Below are positions 29,993 to 43,839 of a DNA stretch of 64,000 nt, one piece after another. Each line of letters opens with the position of its first letter. Within the stretch, counting starts at the first letter, position 1. The translations under genes and the position numbers were made by a program. Source of the stretch: the human T2T-CHM13v2.0 reference genome, Homo sapiens; the NCBI RefSeq assembly GCF_009914755.1, contig NC_060939.1. One strand, written 5' to 3'. Below the pieces are notes generated by a model. That model worked only from the letters and a program-made list of their open reading frames with translations. It was not told the DNA's origin and searched no databases.

Positions 29993-30529
29993 GAAGACAG
30001 CTCAGGATGGAGCTGAGACAGGAGCCCAGATAAGAGATTCCATTGCAGATGGCAGATCTGTAAAGTGTCCTGAGAAAGAATGGTAGGAAGAGAACTGGTG
30101 TCCTAAAAGCTAAAGAAGGAAACATGTTTTAAAGGAAGAAGTAATCATCAATGCTGGAAAAAACAACCTAAAAGACCTCATTGGATTCAGTCATGAAGTT
30201 GAGCTGGGAAAGCAGTTGCAGAGTGGACAGAAGCTAGAGAGTAGTGGGCTGAGAAGTAAACAGGGGACACGGGAGTGGAAGCAAAGTGCAGACTTGTTAT
30301 GTCACAATTTCCATGGTTTGCCAGAAAGATCCAGAATGGTTTTCCAGATAGAAATCACAGAACAGAAACAATATTGCTGTCTTGATGAAAAAGAAAAGGC
30401 AGTGTGGGTGGGGAGGGTGTCCTGTCTTGTCACTTTCCATAAATTACCACAAGGTGGTGCTCGTGTCTTAGTCATTCTCGTAATTACTAAACACCAATCA
30501 AATCACAGATCATTTTCTCCTTCCTGCAG

Positions 30530-30724
30530 AACAACTTCACCAGAAGGACCAAAAAATCCTACTCTTGTTGGAAGAGAAGGAGATGATTTTCCGGGACATG
30601 GCTGAGTGCAGCACCCCTCTCCCAGAGGATTGCTCCCCAACACATAGCCCTAGAGTTCTCTTCCGCTCCAACACAGAAGAGGCTCTCAAAGGAGGACCTT
30701 TAATGAAAAGTGCAATAAATGAGG
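30530..30724 (+). CDS. AKAP13: AKAP13 exon (EQLHQKDQKILL...KSAINE)
   Basis: ctgcag acceptor, G|gtaatt donor. Confidence 0.95.
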
Positions 30725-31014
30725 GTAATTAACATTCAGCATTGCCCCCTCTTCATCTACTCCCAGAGTGGTTTACACACTAATATTACCTGCCAGTTTT
30801 TACTTTTTTACTTTAAAGCACAAATGCAGAAAATTACCCAAAACAAATATTTCACTATAGTAAATTATCAGGTGAATATCCTTTTAACCACTACTCACAT
30901 CAAGAACTTAAAGGGGCCCTGAAGCCCCTTCCTCCACATGCTCTGTCCCCATCACACCTCCCTCCCTCCAAAAGGAGCAGTTATTCTGACTGTTTTTTAA
31001 TTAGTCACTTATGC

Positions 31015-31323
31015 TTTTTTTTTTTTTTTTTTTTTTTTTGGCAGGATCTTGCTGCTCTGTTTCCCAGGCTGGAGTGCAGTGGTGCAACCTCGGCTCACTG
31101 CAACCTCCCCCTCCTGGGTTCAAGTGATTCTCTTGTCTCAGCCACCCAAGTAGCTTGGGACTACAGATGTGCACCACCACACCCAGCTAATTTTTGTATT
31201 TTTCACAGATACAGGGTTTCACCATGTTGGCCAAGCTGGTCTCAAACTCCTGACCTCAAGTTATCCACCCACCTTGGCCTCTCAAAGGGCTGATATTATA
31301 GGCGTGAGCCACTGCACCCGGCC
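31015..31323 (-). mobile_element. Alu (AluS-like)
   Basis: Poly-T plus antisense Alu. Confidence 0.92.
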
Positions 31324-31817
31324 ATTAATCACTTACTTATATATCTTTATGGCTTAAGTGCCTACTCCTAGACATTATAGTTTAATTTGCTTATGTTTTT
31401 TGATATGCATCTTAAAATTCTTAATTTACAGTTCCCCCCACCATCTTTTTTTTTCCATATAATTTATCTTTGAACAATCTGAGCTTTTTGACTTAGAGAG
31501 TTTCCCACAGTTTGGATTTTATTCATACAGTCCTGTTGTCTGTTTCCTTCAGATTTGCAGCTGGATTCAGAGGCTTAATTAATTACTCAGACTTGATCTC
31601 TTTGGTAAATTGTGCCCTTATAGTGTTGTGTTCTTTCATTGAGGAGGCATAAATATCTAGTTGTCTCTTTTTTTGTGACATATAAGAAAAGATAAAAGGA
31701 TAAATTCTTGATTATTTTTCCCCTCCATTTATTTACCAGTTTTTAAGACCATGAACATCTTCTGAAAGTGACCCATAGTTTTTATTATGGACTCATGAAT
31801 TGAAACATGTTTGATGG

Positions 31818-32116
31818 GGCCAGGCACGGTGGCTCATTTCTATAATCCCAGCATTTTGGGAGGCCGAGGCAAGTGGATCACCTGAGGGTCAGGAGTTCAA
31901 GACCAGCGTGGCCCACATGGTGCAACCCTATCCCTACTAAAAATACAAAAATTAGCCAGGTGTGGTGACATGCGGCTGTAGTCCCAGCTCCTCAGGAGGC
32001 TGAGGCAGGAGAATCGCTTGAACCCAGGAAGCAGAGGTTGTAGTGAGCTGAGATCGTATCACTGCCCTCCAGATTGGGCAACAGAGCGAGACTATCTCAA
32101 AAAAAAAAAAAAAAAA
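31818..32116 (+). mobile_element. Alu (AluS-like)
   Basis: TSD gtttgatgg. Confidence 0.92.
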
Positions 32117-32744
32117 CGTTTGATGGATTTCAAGTCATTGCAATTCCTAACCTTATTAAAAGCTCAGAATGTTCCTTTTGTGAACACCTCTTTCTTTGGC
32201 TTCTAGTCCTGTGGACGTGACCATAGTAGTCTTTTAGAGCTACTGGTATAGTAAGTTGTTCCAGGCTCATCTTAATTGTTTTCTGCCCCAGTCCTGGTAT
32301 CAGCCATTTCTCCAAGAGTTCTGGATTCTTTAAGTGGGAAATTATATTTTCAGACCACAGTCTGGGTACTGGGAGTGGTCATTGCTGCTAGGTTGATTGT
32401 TACTAGGTTGGGCCTTTTCAGTGGACAGAGCTTGGGGAAAAACATATATATAACATTATATATATATTATATAACATAATATAACATTATATGTTTTACA
32501 TCATATATAATTTAAATACCTATTGAACATAAAATGTGTATATGAAAATTTATATTTACACTTTCGAATTCACATTGATATTCTTAAACTGTGGACTACA
32601 GTGTTTGTTTTTTTAACTAAACCTATTTAGTATTACATCTCTATTTCCTTTCTTTCACATTGCAAATCCTTGTTCTTAAGGATACATCATAGAATTCGAA
32701 TATTATATATTTACTTTCTGGCTTTATCCAACCTATTACTCATA

Positions 32745-32892
32745 ACTGTTAGTAATACTAATAGTATTACTAATTACTATTGCTAACACTGTTAGTAATA
32801 CTAATAGTATTACTATTACTATTAACTAATACTAATTTACTAATTACTATTGCTAATACTGTTAGTAATACTAATAGTATTACTAACACTAT
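32745..32892. repeat. AT-rich minisatellite with internal palindromes
   Basis: Three copies of ctgttagtaatactaatagtattact. Confidence 0.9.
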
Positions 32893-33879
32893 TTTGATAA
32901 TAATATATTCTAATAGTAATGCTGCTACCACTACATATGACTTTTACTTGCTGTCCGCATTCTCCCGTTTTTGAAAAAATAGTTGTGCTGTGTCTACGCT
33001 GTCAGTTTATAACTGTTACATGCCATATGCTCTCCTTGTAAGCCTTGACCATAGTCTTTGTTCTGTAAGTGAACATACTTCATGCTTACCAGAAGTTCTT
33101 AGGTCAGTCACCCTCTAGTCATGTGGATATGTGAAGCTGATTCTCTAGCATGTGCCTCAGGAAAGGTTCATGAGAGTAATAGTCCATGAGCTCTTTCATG
33201 CTGGTAATAATTTATGCCCTTTATACTTGAAAGCCTATTTTGCTGAATATAAAATTATTGGCTTGTTCATATTTTCTTCCCCAAGGTATTAATTACTCTC
33301 AAGTATGTTGTTTTATTTTTTTTTCTGGCATAAAGTATTGCCATCAGAGACTGATAATAATTTGATTTTCCCCATGTAAGTAACATGCTCTTTGCCTAGA
33401 TGCCCAAAGGATTTTTTTCTAAGTACAAGTAGTTTTACAAGAATATTCCTTGGTATTTGTTACCCTAGGTTGATGCTGTCAGGTTCACAGTGTTCTGTTT
33501 TCATATGTGGTTTCAAATTTTTCAGATTTCAGGAAGTTATTTTTGAATTATAATTTGTACTATTTTCCCTGTTCCCTTTGCTTTGGTCTTCTTCAAGGTC
33601 TCCATTTATCCTTATGTTGGACCTTCTTTGTCTATCTTCAGTGTTGGTCACTTTCTTTTAATACTTTTGATCTCTTCATCTTTTTAATGTTTAAATGGTC
33701 TTCCTTTCACCTTCTTTTTTATTAAGCCATTTTCTGCTGGGTTAATTTGCTCTTATATTCTAGTTTAGTTTTGATTTCTATAATGATTGTTTTTCTTTTG
33801 TTTGTAGCTTTGCTATTTCATTTCTGTGTTTTCTAATTCTGACCTAAGTTAGTTCTTTCATGTCTTTTGTCATTTTCTT

Positions 33880-34150
33880 TTCTTTCTTTTCTTTTTTTTT
33901 TTTTTTTTTTTTGAGACAGAATTTTGCTCCTGTTGCCCAGGCTGCAGTGCAATGGTGCGATCTTGGCTCAGCCTCAGCCTCCTGAGTAGCTGGGTTTATG
34001 GGCATGCACCACCATGCCCGGCTAATTTTTTGTATTTTTAGTAAAGACGGGGTTTCTCCATATTGGTCTTGAACTCCTGACCTCAGGTGATCTGCCCGCC
34101 TCGGCCTCCCGAAGTGCTGGGATTACAGGCATGAGCCACTGCACCCAGCT
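33880..34150 (-). mobile_element. Alu with internal deletions
   Basis: Antisense Alu. Confidence 0.9.
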
Positions 34151-35009
34151 GTCTTTTGTCATTTTCTTAATGTGTTTTGGTCACCTATTTTATGGACATG
34201 TCTTTCCGATGTGCTTTTATTATCTGTAGAGAAGTTAGACCCTGTGTTCTCCCCACCATCACTCCCTGTTCTTAACTTTATATGGGATTTGACTTCAATA
34301 TTTTCTATTGCTCATTTTTATGTGAAATTAGTGTCTTAAGTTTACAGGTTCAGATAGCTTTTCTCACACCATAGGACTCGTCTATCATTTTTGTGTAGTT
34401 TTTCTTTTTTAATATGGCTTGTCTTATCAGATTTCCTGCTATTGGTTCCCTCCCTTATTCCACCTGGCCCTTCTTTTTCTTTATCTTTTTATTTTTCTCC
34501 TGTTTAACTTTTATTCCATTTTCTCCACTTTCTTCTTTCTGTGAGCCATACCCTAGAAAAGAACCCTAGTGGGCCAGAGTTGAGATGCAAATTCTTAGAC
34601 TACTCTAGCCCCTTGAACTCACTCCATATTGGCAAAGCCAGAAATCCTGACTGTTTTACTTGCTGTTCTCAAATCAATCCATCTTACTTTCCAGGGAATA
34701 TCTTCTGTCTGCTTTGGATATGATTCCAGAAGCCATGTCACTTCTAGTAAATTACTCTGCCTTCCCTGTACACTTTCAAATTTCCTAGGCCTCTTGCATA
34801 TAAAGTGGAAGGTCTCATCTCTAAATTTCTAGTAGAATCCAACTAAAACACATACCCTGAGCTGAGACCCTTCTCTGAGCAAAGGAACTCACCCAGTCAC
34901 TCTTTGGAACTTTCAAGTCGTGCTCTTTGTACGTATCATATATACTATGAACTTGTTTTCTCCTCATTGAAAGATAAGATGTCAGCTTTGCATGTTTCCT
35001 TTATTCCAG

Positions 35010-35168
35010 TGGAGATCCTTCAGGGTTTGGTGAGTGGAAATCTGGGAGGCACACTTGGGCCGACTGTCAGCAGCCCCATTGAGCAAGATGTGGTCGGTCC
35101 CGTTTCCCTGCCCCGGAGAGCAGAGACCTTTGGAGGATTTGACAGCCATCAGATGAATGCTTCAAAAG
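35010..35168 (+). CDS. AKAP13: AKAP13 exon (VEILQGLV...LPRRAETFGGFD...ASK)
   Basis: Lbc-family LPRRAETFGGFD motif, ttccag acceptor, G|gtaaat donor. Confidence 0.96.
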
Positions 35169-35576
35169 GTAAATGATGTGAAGTCATGAGCTTTTATAGG
35201 CAATCCTTGACTATCTCACACAACTCAAAATGACTTGTACTTTAGTAGCTACATCACCGCTCCCAGTCAGCAAATTTCTTAGTGAGATTTCAAGACACTC
35301 AAGAGCTTGTCAGTCAGACTCATATTCATTTTGAGTAACAAAAAAGATTTTCCTAAGATCTCAGCTAAAAGAGTAATAATACACGTTCCTGCTTCCATTT
35401 CTTCTGCATCCGTAAAATTATTAATAATCACTTAGCTGCCACCAAGCAGCTCCCCCTTTTTGGGGGCATCAGTAGGTTTCAGACATACTACATCCCCAAG
35501 ATGCCTATATGATATTCTTTCCTTGGCTAATCTGTTTCACAACTTTAAAAAAAAAAAAACCCTATTTTTTGTTTAG

Positions 35577-35647
35577 GAGGCGAGAAGGAAGAGGGAGATG
35601 ATGGCCAAGATCTTAGGAGAACGGAATCAGATAGTGGCCTAAAAAAG
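35577..35647 (+). CDS. AKAP13: AKAP13 exon (GGEKEEGDDGQDLRRTESDSGLKK)
   Basis: tttag acceptor, AAG|gtattt donor. Confidence 0.93.
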
Positions 35648-36106
35648 GTATTTCTCTTTAAAATACACCATGAACCTCCTTGGCACTTTCCTCTGAATTC
35701 ATAACCTTTGAAATTATTTCACTTTGATGTTGTTTTCGATGCCTGAATTGCTGCTTTTAATAAAATTATTTTCAGGGAAAATCACATTTTTAAAACAAAT
35801 AGTACAGTTAAGAGCTCCACATTATTGGCTGTTTGGCCTCACTGGCTTAGGGCAGTGTGTTTACATTCATAACTCTACCATGGTCCTGGCAGGACCAGTT
35901 TCATTAGGTTTGTTTCAGGTGCTCCAAACCGACCTGACCTCCTTACAAGGTATCAGTGATAAATAGTTCAACCTCTTAAACCTTCACTACCTTAGTGAGA
36001 GGCTGTGGTAGAAAATGGAAAGCTACAGCCTAACACAGAAACACACTGAATGTCATTTTTGCATCAAGATCTTCATTTTTTTATATGTATGTTTTTTGTT
36101 TTATAG

Positions 36107-36151
36107 GGTGGAAATGCTAACCTGGTATTTATGCTTAAAAGAAACAGTGAG
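36107..36151 (+). CDS. AKAP13: AKAP13 45-nt exon (GGNANLVFMLKRNSE)
   Basis: ttatag acceptor, GAG|gtaagg donor. Confidence 0.93.
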
Positions 36152-36434
36152 GTAAGGACATTATGAACTATTTAAGAAAATATGTGTTTGTTGTCATTGT
36201 CAAGTTAGGAATATTGTTTTTTCCTTTTTTTTTTTTCTTTTTGCTGTTACAAAGAGGCTAACTGCTGGCTATCATCTGTATGTGTAAACAATACAGTTGT
36301 CAGTTTCCTTGGCCTTTCCCCTGTCTTTGGTCCTAGGGGCACCATCTTGGAATTTTGCCAGTTAGAGAATTGCCTGCTAAGATGGCCTTTGATTCGTTTC
36401 TTTGATTCTCTGTCCTTAAGGAAGCCTCTTGCTG

Positions 36435-36714
36435 TTTTTTTGTTTGTTTGTTTGTTTGTTTGTTTGTTTGAGATGGGGTCTCACTCTATCGCCCAGCTCG
36501 CTGCAACCTCTACCTCCCAGGCTCAGGCAATCCTCCAGAGTAGCTGGGACTACAGGCATGCCTGCCACCATGCCCGGCTAACTTTTGTATTTTTTGTAGA
36601 GACAGGGCTTTGCCATGTTGTCCAGGCTGGTCATAAACTCCTGGACACAGGCAGTCCACCTGCCTTAGCCTCCCAAGGTGCTGGGATGACAGACATAAGC
36701 CATCTTATCCAGCG
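36435..36714 (-). mobile_element. Degenerate AluJ-like with (TTTG)n tail
   Basis: Antisense Alu with deletions. Confidence 0.82.
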
Positions 36715-36879
36715 CTTCTTGCTTTTAATGAGCTTTCTCTAAATAGGGCCTGTGAAATCCCTGTGGTGGTTTCCTTTGGTCTAAGCACACTGAGTAGAAT
36801 TCATAGCAGCCTTTTCTCTATCACAAGCCTGATACTAAGAGCCACAGGTCTGGAACATGGGCATTTAACTTGTGGGTAA

Positions 36880-37236
<357 letters not shown>

Positions 37237-37725
37237 ATATCTTCTTCTTTGAGTATTGCTTTAGACTTAATATGTGTTTCATCTGTGAAGCAGTCATGGT
37301 GTCCTTCTGGAAGGATGCCCATCCCCCATCCCACCCCCAGGACTCCTTGTTGTGACATAATCTTCAGATTACTGCCATCTCTAAAATTAATTCTGAGTAT
37401 CTGACTTTGTAAGCAGAATAGAAGCCGATACATGATAATTGCTTTTTAGAGTATAGTTCTCAAGGATGTTGATTGTGTTTCTTCTTTTTCTTGTCCTTGC
37501 TTTTAACGTTAAGTTAAAAGTCTCCAAGGAACTTTATTTTTGAAATTTTAAGGGGAATCTTTCCTTTTTCCCCCTAAAATACAGAAGGATATTGTTTTAT
37601 ATTTGTTGCCACAAAAGTCTAAATACAGTGGAGTCCTGAAGGAATCCTTCAGTGTGCTTATCTTTAAATGACAAACCTGAGCTTATGGAAGCTACTTGCT
37701 CTCTGGATCTGCTGCTTGAAATTAG

Positions 37726-37955
37726 CTCACAGCAGCTTCCACGTCCCAGGTTCAAGCAATTCTCCTGCCTCGGCCTCCAGAGTAGCTGGGACTACAGGCC
37801 CGCACTACCATACCTGGCTAATTTTTTTGTATTTTAGTAGAGATGGGGTTTCACCATGTTGCCCAGGCTGGTCTCGAACTCCTGACCTCAGGTGATCTGC
37901 CTACCTCAGCCTCCCAAAGTGCTGGGGTTACAGGCGTGAGTCACTGCTCCTGGCC
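37726..37955 (-). mobile_element. Alu lacking its 3' end
   Basis: Antisense Alu without tail. Confidence 0.87.
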
Positions 37956-38116
37956 TTGATTTTTCTTTATGGCGACTTTTCCCTCTATATTTAGTTACAA
38001 GAATCAGGGTAAGAAATAGTACAAGACCTGTTTGTTTTTCAGACATTCCAGTATGGATTAGACACTATAAATGCTTAGCTAGAGTCGGCAGGTTCTTCTG
38101 TTACTTCTGTTTATTA

Positions 38117-38444
<328 letters not shown>

Positions 38445-38601
38445 TCAGAAGAGCTAAGCCTGGTAATTAAGATTTTTGTGTTTTGTTTTTAAATGTATTA
38501 TAAAAGGAATACATGTTCATGGTAGATAAGTAACATAAGTTACTTGATAATAAACATAATCCCACCACTGAAAAATAGCTACCGTTAAATGTTTGGTGTT
38601 T

Positions 38602-38885
<284 letters not shown>

Positions 38886-38899
38886 GTTTGGTGTTTATA

Positions 38900-40050
38900 T
38901 TTCCAGCCTTCTACATAACATATCCGAGTTGTATATGTGTGAATAGTACAAAAATAGTTTTACATAATTCATAGCAATACTTCGTAGAGCTTCATATCTT
39001 GCTTTTTTTCCTCTTAATATGCATTAAAAACATTTCCCCAAGGCATGTTTTTACAAAGCATGCTGTTGCACAGCTTCATCTTATTGTGTACCATAATTTA
39101 CTTAGTCTTTGTGATAGTTAACCGTTTTTCTACGTTTTGCTTTTAAAGCAGTGAGCCAAGAAAATCTTTGTACATACATTGTTTTTTCACAGCTCTCTGA
39201 TTATTTCCCGAGTATGCCAAAATGCTTTTGAAAGGAGGTTTTGCAGTGCTTGGTACTACCCATTAGACATACAAATGCTCATTTTCATCTTTTACCAACA
39301 TTGAGTATTATCATTCTTATTAAGTTTTTGTTCGTTTGATAAGTTTGGGTCATTTATTTTATTTTGCATTTATTTGATTTCAAATAAGGTTGAGTAATTT
39401 TTAATATGTTATGCTATTGGCCATTTATATTTCTAATGTAAATTGCTGGTTTGTGTTCCTGGCCTATTTTTCTACTAGGGTATTTTTTTTGTCATAATGT
39501 TCTATGAGAGCCTTTTTTAAATGAAAGATTTTTCCATTTGAATTTCTATTAGTTCTTTGCCTTTTAATTTTAATTTTACATTTTTACATAGAAATTTTTG
39601 AAAAAAATCTTCTGGTTTCTTCCATTACTTCTGTGTTTGCAAAGCCTTCCCTGTTTCAAGATTAGAAAACAGTTCTAGTTCCTTCCAGCTCTTTTTTTTT
39701 CTTTTTGAAATAGGATCTCGCTGTCTTGCCCTGGCTGGACATAAATATGGTTTATTTTTTGCCTTTAACATTTTCAGATATTTGAACCTTTTTTTGTGTG
39801 TGAGCTAAGATCTCAACTCAATTTTTTTCAGAAATTTAGCCAATTTTCTCAGAACAATTAATTGAATATTCTTTCCATTAATTTGAAATGCTATTTACAT
39901 GCTAAATTGTTATGAGAAGTTTCTGGAATTTCTGTTCTGTTGCGTTGATATGTATGCTGTTTTTATTCTAGTCATTTTAAGTAATGGAAGCTTTCTATTA
40001 CATTTTAACTTGTGCTGATGTTCCTCCTATACATAGGTCACTGTGGTCTT
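38900..40050 (-). mobile_element. Old L1 (L1ME-like) fragments
   Basis: ttgcattt...aaggttgag...ttggccatttatatttct motifs. Confidence 0.55.
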
Positions 40051-40238
40051 CGTTTGTTTTTCTTGGCTGCTGGTGCTCACTTAGTTTCTTTGGTGCTTTC
40101 AATTTGAAAATATTTCATAAAGATATAAGCATTTAGTTGTATCTTAAAGGAGCCATCTTATCAGGTAAACATTAGTGTGATGGATTCTGAGATTCATAAA
40201 GCCCTGAAACGAATGTTTCCATTTTGTTCCTTTGGCAG

Positions 40239-40289
40239 CAGGTTGTCCAGAGCGTTGTTCATCTCTACGAGCTCCTCAGCGCTCTGCAG
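40239..40289 (+). CDS. AKAP13: AKAP13 51-nt exon (QVVQSVVHLYELLSALQ)
   Basis: cag/cag acceptor, CAG|gtgcgt donor. Confidence 0.92.
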
Positions 40290-40739
40290 GTGCGTGCCTT
40301 CATCTTCCATCCCTGCGTTTATTTGTCTAGAGAACAGCAGCTTGGGGCTGTTGTTGACTTGGATCTTTGAGGTTTGCAGGATGTTTAATGGATAAATGGG
40401 GCCCTCAGTCTAGGGAAGACTGGCTCTCGTGGTGAGAAAGTTACAGAATGCATCGACCTTCCAGGACTAGAATTAGTGAAGAGCTGGTGTGCCGTAGGCA
40501 TGGCTTGATAACCATGCTACAAATCACATAGCATGCTAACATGCATCTGGGAGATTACTTCACTTTAGAAAGCCTTAAGTATGATTATAAGTTTCTATAT
40601 TCCGTATCTCTGTGGTATTTGAATAGAGTGGCCTTCCTAATACAGCTTCTGTTTCGGACTTCCCAGGAACATCCTCAAATTCTGCTCACTTCCTTTCTTG
40701 AAGATCTAACCTGTCTCATTCCTACTTTCTCCCACTTCC

Positions 40740-40808
40740 AACACACACACACACAACCCACCCACCCACACAGACACACACACACACAACCACCCCCCCC
40801 CCACCCCA
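40740..40808. repeat. Imperfect (CA)n/(CACC)n plus C-run
   Basis: Seen directly. Confidence 0.85.
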
Positions 40809-41061
40809 GGTAATACCACTGACTGCAAACAGCATGCAACCAGATTGACAAAAACCCGTGAGTTCCTGCACCTTTGAGGTTCTTGTATGATAAACAGCTG
40901 CAATTATCCTGGAGCATTTTTATGAGACGGGCTTGAAAAATGAGGGGAGAGTTCTAGTCCGTCATAGTGCCTGGTGCCCCCTGCTGTGGGGTCGGGAGGG
41001 ATCCAGAAGCTCGCTGTCGTCCTGGCCAGAGTTGCAGGGCTCCCCTCTGTGTGCCTCCCAG

Positions 41062-41511
41062 GGTGTGGTGCTGCAGCAGGACAGCTACATTGAGGACCAG
41101 AAACTGGTGCTGAGCGAGAGGGCGCTTACTCGCAGCTTGTCCCGCCCGAGCTCCCTCATTGAGCAGGAGAAGCAGCGCAGCCTGGAGAAGCAGCGCCAGG
41201 ACCTGGCCAACCTGCAGAAGCAGCAGGCCCAGTACCTCGAGGAGAAGCGCAGGCGCGAGCGTGAGTGGGAAGCTCGTGAGAGGGAGCTGCGGGAGCGGGA
41301 GGCCCTCCTGGCCCAGCGCGAGGAGGAGGTGCAGCAGGGGCAGCAGGACCTGGAAAAGGAGCGGGAGGAGCTCCAGCAGAAGAAGGGCACATACCAGTAT
41401 GACCTGGAGCGACTGCGTGCTGCCCAGAAACAGCTTGAGAGGGAACAGGAGCAGCTGCGCCGGGAGGCAGAGCGGCTCAGCCAGCGGCAGACAGAACGGG
41501 ACCTGTGTCAG
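41062..41511 (+). CDS. AKAP13: AKAP13 exon, coiled coil (GVVLQQDSYIE...ERDLCQ)
   Basis: E/Q/R-rich ORF 40933, cccag acceptor, CAG|gtaatg donor. Confidence 0.96.
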
Positions 41512-41615
41512 GTAATGGGACTCCCTGCCGAGAGCAACCTAATGATGATATTAATTAAGACCCCCTGTGTATTAAGCAAGGTAAGAAAGTGAGCAGAAAT
41601 ATAGAGCCTGTTTTT

Positions 41616-42138
<523 letters not shown>

Positions 42139-43505
42139 CTAAGAGGCTGAAAAAGAGAATGGAAGTGCTGGGGCATTTTGGCCAGGGCAGTAATGGATAT
42201 TTGGAGTTGGCACTTCCCTCAGCTAGAGGAGTCTCAGTGTGTCTGAGAAAATGGCAGTCAGCCATCCAGGATTTTAGGAGCAACGCCACTGCTCTGTGCC
42301 ACATCAGAAATCAGGCATGGCCCCAACCTGAAGGAACTTGTAGCTTAATGGGGAAGCACACCAAGAATAAAAGAGCCTCCAGAACATGTGGTGCCTGTGG
42401 TCCTGAGACAGCAGGAAATGGCTCTCAGGCCAGAGTTGCTGGAAGAACCCATGTGGCAGGATCGGTGGGAGGCAGTTACAGAGGGAAACGCCCATCCCAG
42501 CAACTAGGGGAGGCCGCCACTCCTCTCGTGGATGGATGATATTCTTGCTTGGGGATGTTGAGACAGCTGCACTCTGCATAGTTCCTGATTTGCCTCTCTA
42601 CTGCTGATGAAAAACCTCTCTTTCTCTATAGCTGCTGCTTATATTGGAAGGCTTTTGGTTATTCAGCACACTCACTCCTGAGCTTATTTCAGTGATATTC
42701 CTTGGTTATTTCGAAACATGGATGCTTGTGGCAGATGGAGAGCCTGGGTGTACACAGATCTGCCTGTGTTTTGAAATGCATACCATGTTGCCGTTTGTTT
42801 GATTGATTGATCTTGGACCACGAAAGAAAATTATACTGACAGCTTCCAGGGTAGGGGGCAGTTGTAGCTTTCTGCAGATGTTGCCAAATATATTGGGGGT
42901 GGGGAGCAGCAAATGCCATGTGTTGCTTTTTATGACATAAGGAGGGATTCCACCCCCATCCCAATAAAATCGGTGCTTTGACAAAGGAGGGTTCCCAGGC
43001 AGCTAAGAGAACCCAGAGTAGATGATCCTCTTTATCTCTGGTTTAACCTGTGACTAGGATTCTTGGTGTAAGCTCGGCTTTTCCACTTATCCTCTAACCG
43101 GAACAGGCTTCTATAATCTCTTTGCCTTAAAATAATTATCTGCATCCCTGTGTAGAGCAATCTTAAGCAGCTCTCCTTGTTTCTTCAGGGAATGGGAATT
43201 CTTTTCTAAGTCGCCCCATCAAAGGTACTATTGGTTTTTTACAACGCCGGCGTTTGTGTATGTAGTAAAAGTATTAACAGCATTAAAGGCGATATTTTTA
43301 ACATGTTTATAGATACTACTTGGGGGAGGGCAGCTAATGAAACCTTCAAGCTCTATGCAGTCCACAGACGTGAGCTCTGTAGAGTTCGCAGAGGTGGGTA
43401 AGTACCCAGCCAGCACACCCAGTTGAATTCAGCCAGGATTTATTGAGTTGGCATCACGGACGCTGACAGCCTCCAAGTGAAAACCCTTCTCTTGAATATG
43501 TACAG

Positions 43506-43839
43506 GTTTCCCATCCACATACCAAGCTGATGAGGATCCCATCGTTCTTCCCCAGTCCTGAGGAGCCCCCCTCGCCATCTGCACCTTCCATAGCCAAATC
43601 AGGGTCATTGGACTCAGAACTTTCAGTGTCCCCAAAAAGGAACAGCATCTCTCGGACACACAAAGATAAGGGGCCTTTTCACATACTGAGTTCAACCAGC
43701 CAGACAAACAAAGGACCAGAAGGGCAGAGCCAGGCCCCTGCGTCCACCTCTGCCTCTACCCGCCTGTTTGGGTTAACAAAGCCAAAGGAAAAGAAGGAGA
43801 AAAAAAAGAAGAACAAAACCAGCCGCTCTCAGCCCGGTG
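43506..43839 (+). CDS. AKAP13: AKAP13 penultimate exon (VSHPHTKLMRIPSFF...KRNSI...SQPG)
   Basis: ORF 43530, tacag acceptor, G|gtgagt donor. Confidence 0.95.

Larger units (their letters stand above)
32120..34400 (-). mobile_element. Fragmented old L1 (L1MC4-like), interrupted by an Alu and simple repeats
   Basis: ctgccccagtcctggtatcagccatttctccaag motif, T-rich strand bias. Confidence 0.55.

Noticed and set aside
32745-32892. Palindromic repeats resembling a CRISPR array
   Set aside because: Eukaryotic intron, no unique spacers, no cas genes
41085-41515. Antisense and alternate-frame ORFs over the coiled-coil exon
   Set aside because: Expected shadow ORFs of GC-rich repetitive coding sequence
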